Below the pieces are notes generated by a model. It was not told the origin of the DNA. It searched no databases and saw nothing but the letters and a program-made list of their open reading frames with translations. This document shows positions 24,457 to 34,482 of a stretch of DNA of 64,000 nucleotides, in pieces. The stretch is from the NCBI GenBank assembly GCA_047495785.1, contig JBLDXI010000025.1, forward strand, positions 186,001 to 250,000, read 5' to 3'. The first letter of the stretch is position 1, and each line of letters starts with the position of its first letter. This DNA is from Lepidodermella squamata. Taxonomy: Eukaryota > Animalia > Gastrotricha. Position numbers and translations under genes: made by a program.

Positions 24457-27414
24457 TATTGCTTGCGAGTGGCGCACAATTCGTAGGAAAATCGGCAAAA
24501 ACAAAAGAAAATTAACAGTTGCCGCTCAAAATAAATTCTAGAAAAAAACGAGGATTCGCCAAAAAAGAAAAACGCGAAAAATCGCTCAGTTTAAAAATAA
24601 AATAATCTAAATTGAAAAAAATTCGGCAAATGCTTCGCGTTTATAAAAACAAACCCAGCATTTGAAAAAAATTCTAGAAAATTTCGAAAAAAAACAGAAA
24701 AAATGTTGTACTACATGATGTGTATTTAGAAAGAAAACACGTTGTTGTTGTTTATTTTATAGCGTGTTTATTGCGACTTCTGTTGCCGTTCGACGCCCGT
24801 GCTACTTGTTTGCTTGTTTTTTCTACGACGAGTCAGACTGCGAGTCAGACAGTTAGACAGTAACGGTGTTTTTTGGGCGGTACTCGGAGTAACGCGTGCA
24901 AATACTACACATACTCGGATGAGTAGGTGAAAAACAAGCGATGGCCCACAATAAGTTGCTGCGGGCTGTGATGATGAAGTCGTGTATAATCGGCATAATT
25001 AGGCCACAGTAGCAGAATTATCATTACGCGAATAACATGCTGCTGCTGCCGCAATAAAAGCGCGATTAATAAGAGGTAACAAGCAGCAGACAGGCAAGTG
25101 GCGGGCAAAATAAGACACTCATCATCATCATCTTATACCAGCAGGAGTACCTAATAATATAAGGTAGGACACAAAACCTGCGTGTCCGGCGCTCGCGGCC
25201 GCGTTGTTGCGCAACTCGGTTTTATTGCTGCTTCTGATGCTGGCCTAGTTGTCGCATCCGCAGCCATCCGCAACCGGCATGGCGATGCCGATGGCAGATA
25301 TTGCACAGATGATACTCGCATTACGTCGTAAACCTAGAGACATCCGCTTGCCCTAGTTGTGCTTGCACAGCGTGGTGGACAATTCGAGAATTTAAATACC
25401 TAGAATGTTCTCCGCAGAGAAAATAGATAAATTCGAGCCACCAATATCAATCATGAGACGATGTTTTCTTCGGAGTGCTAGAGTGCTACATGTGAGACTT
25501 GAATGTTCCATGAAATCTCACATTCGGCCTATTTTTCAAAACTTCCCAACACCGTATAATGTTATCCCAACATAAATTTCTACAAAGTAAAAAACAACCC
25601 TTAAAATGCCTTTCACCTGAGAGTTCTTAGATTTATACGAGGTACCTAAATTGAATAAAACAAAAAATAATGAAATTGCTCGGTTTTCAGGTGACCCAGT
25701 TTCAAGTGAAAGCAACGCGCCTTATAAAAAGCAATGACCTCGAGAAGAAATTCAACGCAACACGAGAGTGAAATGAATAATAACAATAAAACGAACTGAT
25801 ACGATGATGATGATGATGATGATGACGAATTCGTGGCCTGGCCTGTGCGTTGGTGGCCTTGTTGGCGCGGTACCTGGTTGTTTTGGTGCTGGGCCATTAT
25901 GCTAAGCAGGCTGTTTTCTGCGGATGAGGGCGGATGGCGGATGGCGGCACCGAAATTGCAGTAGGTGGTGGTGGTGTTTAGTACCGCCGGCGCACGCCTG
26001 TTTGCTAATTCGTTGTAGGGGTAGTATACACCAACAACTCAACAAAGTTTTATATCGACGCGCGAATCGGAATAATTACAGCGAAATAATTGCAACCGAG
26101 CTCACGTGGAATTCAGCCCGCGCTTAAAACAGCCGCAGATGTATTTGCTGAAAGAAGAAGAAAGAAATGGCTCCGGAATTTAGGTCCTGAACTCGCGCGT
26201 GTTATCGTCTGGTTTTTCATGGGAACTGCTGTTCAAGCCGGCAGATAAAGAAAGAGGGCGAATTCGGGTCGATGTGCGGTTTTTTTTCGCACTCTCGGAG
26301 ATAAGTAGTGATATAACCCCCATTGTGACTCATCATCACAGTCATCGTTTAAATGATAAGAGGTTGCTTTCAACAACTGCTCCCATCACCGCGAGGCAAA
26401 AACTCGCAGTGTTGAGCTAAAAAAAGAGGGCAATGGCTCTTTGCAATGGTGCCTATCGTGGCGTGAGAAATGCGGCCATTGACGCCCGGAGCCGCGCGCG
26501 TTCTCAAATGGGCGTCTCTCGCGCCCCGGTTTTCAAGTCGCCGAACCAGCCGAGCATGCGTTCTCCGATGGCGACTAAAACGACCTGCTGTGCTTCTTAT
26601 AAATTATTTAATAATAGTAAAAGCAACAGGTTGCCGGCCGAGAAATCCCTTCAACAATTAAGAAGGAGAAAAACACCTCACAAAAATACTGCCTACCTAT
26701 CAGCTTTAAGCTTTCATCATCTTTAATTAAAAAAAATTAGGCACAAGGCATTAGAAGATCGCAGATAACCTAAAACTTGGAGACCAACACAATTTAATGA
26801 TTTCACTTAGTTTTCAATGATATCGGTATGTCCGGATTCCTCGCTCCAAGTTCTAAGATGTGTATACCATTCGATAGAGAGCAAAAGAAGGTGCTTGTTA
26901 CAATGGCATTCCATCGCAATTTTTTGAGATTTTCTTTCCGTGTTCAAGTGACCTTCCTTCGAGCTTGCGGTACCTAGAAGTACCAGTGGCTGTTGCTGTT
27001 TTCAGGGTCAAATGAGCGCGTACGTTTGCTTGTATTTTTTCACGTCGGTCAACGTAATAACCAGTAAGAGTCAATGAAGAATCATCATAAGAATATTCCA
27101 GCTTCGATAACCAAAGCTGAGTCGTGCGGCTGAGTGGTATAGGCCGAAGGCACTAATAGCGTTAGCTGCGTCTAAAACCAGATCAGTATCAAAAGCAACT
27201 TGATACCTCGAATCGGCGTAGCGATGCACGCACTATCCTTCATGTCCACAGGCTGATGCTGCCTACTCGATCTCATTTCACGTGGGAGGTTAAATTTCGA
27301 GGTTCTGGTCACGTTCCAGCCTGCTTGATTAAGTTTTTGATCTTACTTGGTCAATAGGTATTGAAAGTTGCATCGAATTCACATCAAGAATTAACCTAAA
27401 AGATTGCCTCTTAC

Positions 27415-29994
27415 ATGGGCATAGGTTTAGACATTTCTTTACTGGCGATCACTCTCCTACAATTCAGCTATGCAGCGAAGCCGAGGCTCTTGTGGCCGGG
27501 ACTCATGGGTATATAATATTAGGTAATATAATGTAGGGTATGTATAATATTGTAAGCTCGATATAACAGACCCCAGTCAAAACGCCCTGCTAGAACACGT
27601 CAACATGTCCGGGGTCGTTTTGGCGAATTTCGAAATCGTACCTCATGGAATTACTGCCGAAGATGACGACTATCTTAACAGATACGCAAGACTATTGTCG
27701 GAAATGGATCTGCCAAACAACACATACCTGGCACCCGTCATGACTGGTCCAAATGGAAATTGCGACTATTCTGCAGGGACCTATCGGGCAATCAATATGG
27801 TCATGGTAAGGAATTTTAAGTTTAATAAGGATTCCATGGGTTAATTTCGACTCGTTTGAATTGGCATTTTCCCTTCAAAATGTGCTGACTGCATATCATT
27901 TATAAGTTTCGCAATATTTTACATTAAGCTTTATTTTACAAAATTATAAGAATTTATCTTCGCCCATTTCATTCCCTTCAAATGAATCAGATTTCCCAAA
28001 GCTGCGCTGGGCCTTTTATCGAATCGCGAAGATCTAGGTTCTACAACAACCTGTATACAACACTAGGATCGGTTAGCTCGTACAAATATGCGATTTTCCA
28101 CGCTATCAAATCGATCGGCGATTGGAAACGCGTCGGAATGGTGTACTCTTGGTACCTTCGCGATGTCCCAATGCTAGCCGATGAGACTTTCAAGCTTCTG
28201 ACAGCGAGCAACATTGAAGTCAGCGAATTCGTCAGTGTTTACTGGTTTGGGGATTTGCAAGACGCTGATTTGCAACCCTTGCAAAATGTCAGAATTATCA
28301 TGGTATTCCCCTACGGCGCCTGGGAATGCCAGATATTTTTATGCAAGGCCTATCACAATGGCATCAGACCGCCGTTGTACCACTTCATTGTATCGATACC
28401 AGCTTGTTTGACATGGAACTTGGAGCGAGATGTCTCCATGTCAAAAACTTGCACAAGAGAAATTGTGGACATTCAACTGTCAGCGTTGTTTGCTATCGGA
28501 ATTCCGTTATATCCGTTTGATATGCCGAAGCAATCCAGTCTCGGAATGAGCCCTTCAGAATACGACATTTTGCTGAAAGCGAAGTACGTCGAGGTGGGAT
28601 GGCCTCCTGTTTTAGGTATTTCTCGCTACGGTGAGCATGATGGTTATATGTTTACACTGCTCGTCCTGAACAAAACTGAATCTTCGTTGAATCAGCAATA
28701 CAATCTGTCACTGAGTGACTTCAAGAATCCGACATACCAACGCTTGATATACGAAGTAGCTAGAAGAAGTGCTTCGGAGCTCGAAGCAGTTGGATTTCGA
28801 AATCCTAGAATCAAGCGAGATATCAATGGTGAGATGTACCAAGATTTATCAATAATGCAAGCTTACAAGTTGCAACCTCGCCGAGTGGCCCATCTACCGT
28901 ATGACTATGAGAAGCATAACTTTCCATTCCTTATTGACGATGGGCCAATATGGGCTACGAAAACGGGACTCCCTCCGAGAGATCTCACAAACATTGAGAT
29001 AAGAATCGGACATTGCGGCAGCATTTTGCGCGGCATTGTAACTTGTTTAGCGATATCTCTAACTTTGATTCAGAGTCTCCTACTCTTAGCGGCAACTCAG
29101 GCTAAACCTGAGATGTTCTACAGAAATTGGAAGAAGAGCTTTGTTTTCGTCTCCTGTTTAGGCCTTAATACATCGGCCATCTTCCTGGTCATAGGCCATG
29201 ATTATTCCCCGACAACTGAGTGCAGGTGGAAAATAGTTTCGATTTCGATTAGCTTGAGCATGCTTCACAGCCTTATTTTCAGCCAAATTTTCGTCTACAG
29301 CAAGTTCGTTCGGGTTAGGACCTACCGGGTCTACAATCGAGCTATCCGTTATATTAACCACCTTGTGAAATGGAGATGCTCTTTCAGGACGGGTCCTAGT
29401 GATTCTTCGTACGAGATAAAAGGTATCTTTATTCAGAATCACGTTTCCACGCTCGTAAGTGACAGGTATAAAAATGAACTTCAAATGTCGCAAGCTCTCA
29501 GCGTAACATTGGCTATGAATGTGATTGCACTGCTTCTGTGGATCATCAAGGAGCCAATGCAGTTATTTTTCTATCGGAATCCGGTTGCGTTCGACGAAGT
29601 AGCGGATACGTATTTTGAGCTCGATGTCACGTTCTGTAGTTCAGAGAATATTAGCTACTGGCTCGGAGCCGTCCTCACGTTCAATTTCGGACTTCTATTA
29701 CTGGCGAATATGTTTTCACTCGACCTGAGGCGTCGCACCATGCCTAATGAATTCGCTCTGAGTTGCAAGCTAATCAGAGTAGCGGCGGTGAATGCCCTGA
29801 CGATGCTAGCAGCCAGTGTTGTTGTGCTTGTCTTGGTGACAAAGTCCAACAAGCCATGCTTGGTTAACGCAGTATTGGCTTTTATCGAGCTGGTATATTC
29901 TGGGATAATGAGCTTCGTTTTGTTGCTGCCTGTTACTGTGAAAGTTGAAAAGCTCGATGCAGCTGTAAGCTTGGGTAATTCGAATGATACGTGA
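27415..29994 (+). CDS. Divergent class C GPCR, GABA-B-like (Venus flytrap plus 7TM, no Cys-rich domain), copy 1; exons 27415-27508, 27570-27805, 27991-29994
   Basis: Signal peptide; ANF-receptor-like GDWKRVGMVY and FLCKAYHNGI; linker WATKTGLPPRD; seven hydrophobic segments with ECL2 CSSENISYW. Confidence 0.8.
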
Positions 29995-30202
29995 TTTCGA
30001 AAACTATTTTCAGTATCGTTATTATATCCGTTCAAGAAATTTTTGTACATCATAACTCGTCATTGGTCAAAAGCTCAGATCTATCGAGCTGGAACTGACT
30101 TCACCTGGAACATAGTTCTTTAATAAAACAGAAAGTTTTATAATTTCATTGAAAGTATTTAGATATAGATTATAAGAGAGTTCTGGCTGTTTTCTCGTCT
30201 GG

Positions 30203-32453
30203 CTACATACTAGTCCGGGTTTGCAGGGTGACCTAGATGAATCATCCTCAGTTGTTTATTGCTAGCTATCATGTGTGCAGTACTTCTATGTTTAGGCGGT
30301 GGTGGTGCGGTGGTGAGGTGGTGAGGTCGCGCTATCGCGCTGTTCGCTTTTTTGCTCTCCGTTTATTTTCAAATAATTTTGCAATCATTCGATAGCTGAA
30401 TGCGATTAAGACGATCTTAATAATTCAGAGCCGAGAATTGTCAAAAAAACGTCAGAAAGCTTTTGAAAGAGAGATGAACAGTCAACAGTCAACCTAATAC
30501 ATTTTTTACTAATTTTCACACTTAATTTGTTTAATTAATCAGATAACTATTTTTTATTGAAGTAAAAATTTACAACTAATTTATTTAGCAGGGTTCCGAT
30601 TCCTACTGACGGGGTGCGCAGACAGCGGGGATGCATATATCGGGTAGCACTGAAAATCGTTGAGAAATTAGTGCTTAAATTCATGTAATAATCATGAAAA
30701 ATCGAAAATCAGAAAGAGTTTAAGGTATATTTTCACACTTCGCGAATAAATCAAAGTGTAAATTATTTTGACCGTTAATAACAGCATGGAGGCCGCTGCG
30801 ATTAATTTTCCTGATTTTCGAGAAAGGAATAAGTAGTCAGCGCGAGGATTTTACTATCCGCTAAGCGGCGCGGATAACCCTCATACTTAGCGACACCCCA
30901 GGTGTCTCATTGATGGCGCCTGCTAATCGCTGGTAGGGGCGGTGATTATTGGAGTCACCGGCCATTTTTCAGGATGCGGCCTTTATGCTGTAGTTTCGGG
31001 TTCACAAATAATGAATCATGCAGTCATGAAAATGTTGGGGTCCGAGTCCAAATTCTGCGTTCATGCGTTCAGGCCGGCCGGTACGCAGACGGATAGCATT
31101 GATTTGCCGCTCCGCGTTCGGGCCGCTTTCAAAGATGCCCGTGTGTGACGTTTACTGTAAGGTTAAAAATTTCGAAAGATTCACGCTTCACTACACACGG
31201 TGTTAGCCCGAGCACGCCGGAGAACAAAGGAAACCGCAGCGCTATTGCTCAGCGCCGCAGTCAGGCCGCCGGGCTTGGGTCATCCTACAACCATCTCGAA
31301 GGGTACCCGATAAATGTATCAAGTCCCAGCCCAAACCCGGCGGCCTGAGTACGGCGCGCTCGAGCGCCTAACAATGGCACTGGTTTCCATTGCTCTCCGT
31401 CGTGGTCAGGCCAACACATTGGCCGGCTCGTGTGCAGTGAAGCATGATTCTCTCGAATTTGTTAAACTTACAGTAAAGTTCGCATACGGGCACGTTATAG
31501 ACCGGCTCGAGCGCGGAGTGGTAAAGTGCTTTCACCCGGCCGCGTACGGGCTGAAATCGGTCTCGGGCTCAATCAAAAACACGGAATACCTTTCAGCAAC
31601 AACATCAGAGCTTTCTAAATCCCAATATCGATTTGAAGCGTCTCCGCGATGCCGATGGTCTCGATGCGTACTCTACAATTAACTTCACCGATTTTATCTA
31701 CGCGCTGTTACCATTTTTAGAATCGTTATATGCCCCTATTTCGCTCACGATTGCCGATTTTGCAGATGAGCAACGCCCATCAACACTATGGGATTCACCG
31801 TATTCGGTGTTTGATCGACACAACCGCAAAATATAGGCGGCTGGAATTTTGTTGGTGGTGGGAAATCATCATTCGAATATCTCCTTGGTTTTGGTTTCAT
31901 GTCAGCTTAGGTCACAGTTGCGTCTTCACGAAAGCTTCGTCTATCATTTCAAGCAATAACTTGTGTGAGCTAATTAGGCTCCAAGTTCATTATTGTGATT
32001 TTTGAGTTTATGAGAAATATTTATGGAATTCTCGTGAAAACCATGAAAACCATGCAACCCGGCGATCGCTGGTTGCAATTTTTTAATATTGCTGGTAATC
32101 AAATTTGAAAAATTCAATTTTTAATTATTTTCATCAACTACGCGCAGTATGCAGCATCATCAATTGTATGTATAATTCATAGGGTCCTTATCCCGGCTTC
32201 GACTGGGTGCTTCGGCGCCCGAAGCCATTTTGTACATGACACCACAGTGGTATAGATGACGCGAGTGACATCGTGCGTTAATAAGCGGCTGATTTTGGCT
32301 GACAGGCGCGTTGCTGGTAATAAAACCTCACGACCTCACCACCACACCACCGCCACCATCTAAACTTGCAAGTACTGCACACATGATAGCTAGCAATAAA
32401 TAACTGAGGATGATACATCTAGGTCACCCTACCAAACCCGGACTAGTATGTAG
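30203..32453. mobile_element. Non-autonomous TIR element (about 125-bp terminal inverted repeats), non-coding interior
   Basis: CTACATACTAGTCCGGGTTTG..AGGGTGACCTAGATG.ATCATCCTCAGTT.TTTATTGCTAGCTATCATGTGTGCAGTACTT at 30203 is mirrored at 32324-32453. GTCTGG direct repeat at 30197-30202 and 32454-32459. Confidence 0.88.
30590..32320 (+). ncRNA. Candidate large structured non-coding RNA inside the TIR element
   Basis: Nested stems with G-U pairs on the plus strand (for example 30781-30796 with 30976-30991), a cUUCGg hairpin at 32205-32220, and no ORF with recognisable similarity. Transcription is not shown. Confidence 0.5.
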
Positions 32454-33564
32454 GTCTGGCTGAAATCGTTGCTTTACGAAGGATATCATGCATAATTTTA
32501 TGAGGCATCTCTTCATTCGTGTGAGCTGCGATGTGCTATAACCATACATGGTGTTCAAGAAACAATAGGTGGTTATAAATAGCTACTTTTGGCACGCCAT
32601 TCCGCGTTTTCGAGCTACAAGCTGGATATATTATTTAACAAACACCCCGTATAGAGAAAACATAAGAACAAACTTCGAAAAAACTGAGGAAAAAGCAGGG
32701 GTCGAATCTAAGACCTCCGGGTTGAGGCCCATGAGGTGATACCGAAGTACCTATGCAATAAAGCCAAGTAACGGGGTTGTGCGGCAATTTTGCGCATCTG
32801 ATTAACACTCAGTCGCACAACTTTGATCCTGCAAAGCCGAATTATAATGCTCCCCTGGCAGCTGCTCTTTTGGTCTGAAAGCAACAAACAATATACAAGC
32901 CAAGACATACATCGGGCCCGGTTTTAGTTTTTGGCAGCCCCGTTGTGACGCAAAAGCGCGCGGCGAAAAATCGCGAAACATTAGTCAAGCGTCAAGCAAG
33001 CACGTCAGGGCAATGAAGCGATGAGGATCCAACAAGGGAAGGGAGCCGCGGTCGGCGGAGACAAAGGGCCAAAACTGGGTTGCTCAAGAGCCCCAAGAGA
33101 GCAGCGGGTTGTGGAGCCTGAGGCTGTGGTGCGGCCGTAAATGAGCTCCAGCTGAGCATACCGATGTGCAGCATATGTGGCGGGAAGAGCATGGAGTCAA
33201 GCCTCGAAATCAACGGCAACATCCTCGAAGGATGAACTCGACCCCACCGGCCCTTCCGGACGGGGCAGCAGCGAGAACCGGCAGAGCAACAACAAGGATC
33301 GGTTCGAGCAACTGGCTGTGGCGAGGAGCAGGTCCATCGGAACCAGCAGAGGAGGCTAGTCTAGGACCTAGAAATTGGATGGCAGACGAAATAAAGCGGA
33401 AAATATATACAAGCATATCACGGGTCGAATCGCGATGTACAGATTTACCGAAATTTAGCCGTCACGAAAAGATAAACAAAAAGCGACACGGGATCGGTGA
33501 ATGCTCTTTGGTTGTTTCTATCATAACACGGATGTCATAGGTATATAAAGATCCACTAGGTGCC

Positions 33565-33830
33565 GATCTCTACTGTAGTTCTACCGTAGTTCTATCGTAG
33601 CGAAAGCATTGCCGTTGAGTAGGGTACCGCAGTGGGAAAATAAATAAGAAAGGATGGTAGCTAATGAGATTTGAACCTTCTATCCCAGTTTTTAGAATTC
33701 TAGTTTCCAAACAAGGCAGTTTTTCGAAAATTCAATTGCTAGTTTTCAAGAGAAGAAAGTTTTAATCGGAAAACTACGGTACCGTATCGGTAGAATCGGT
33801 AGAACTAAGGTAGAAATACGGTGGATATCG
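33565..33830. mobile_element. MITE-like element with inverted arrays of (TTCTACCGTAG)-type repeats
   Basis: CTACTGTAGTTCTACCGTAGTTCTATCG on the left is mirrored by CGGTAGAATCGGTAGAACTAAGGTAGAAATACGGTGG on the right. Confidence 0.55.
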
Positions 33831-34099
33831 TATACGGTGAGCCGTAGGTAATCAGGTAAGCGCAGGTGAGGGAAGGTAAGATACAAAGGTTGGAGCCACC
33901 TACGGCTTTTGGAGCTTCATCAGGGCGGTCTCAAAGCGTTACGACAAATGTTCTAAAAATGGCTTCATACTTTTCTAGTAACGATCTTATCCTCCTTGAA
34001 TTCTTGCTTAGAGTGGTCATCGCTGACCATAAACGTCTATGCCACGTATTCGCTTTCTGTTGCTGTTGTTGTCAACTGCCTGAACTATAGTATACGCCA

Positions 34100-34214
34100 A
34101 CTCCGTACCACCGTACCGCCAACACGCCGTTGTAGTACTGCACACATTATACTTAGCAATAAAAACGACAAGGACGATTTATCATAGTCACTATACGGAC
34201 CCCGGACTAGTATG
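34100..34214. mobile_element. Solo diverged terminal repeat of the same family as the 30203-32453 element
   Basis: Shares AGTACTGCACACAT, TAGCAATAAA and terminal CCGGACTAGTATG at near-identical spacing. Confidence 0.8.
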
Positions 34215-34482
34215 AACATCTCCCGACTCGAGACTTGGCTTGCTGATCACTGATCCCCTTTACTTCGGTAAGACGTTTTTTCTCAAATATCGCTGATTCC
34301 TCACCCAAACACCCCAGACCTTGAATAGTACCCGGAACTGTCAGCCTACGTTGTGCAATTACGTCAGCAAACTATGCGTGGGACATTCGCGGCTGTATCC
34401 TGTGCATGATCTCTTGTATCGTTTATATGCGATTCAATCGCAGCATCGCTTTCCATTTTCTGATATCACTATAAGCTATAAG

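Noticed and set aside
29348-29502. Cryptic introns in the GPCR ICL2 region that might remove the copy-2 stop
   Set aside because: The candidate GT-AG pairs I tested shift the frame into immediate stops, and copy 1 is open throughout. Only a weak 42-nt option remains in copy 2.
30590-32320. Group I/II intron, rRNA, telomerase RNA or hammerhead identity for the structured region (GTGCG near 30614, TAACCCT near 30875, CTGAGGA in the TIR)
   Set aside because: No domain V with a catalytic triad, no P7 or J8/7 consensus, no universal rRNA motifs, the template-like match is only 7 nt, and no GAAA follows the putative hammerhead stem II.
32990-33400. Purine-rich segment with short ORFs, possible retroelement fragment
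   Set aside because: No identifiable motif, terminal repeat or target duplication.
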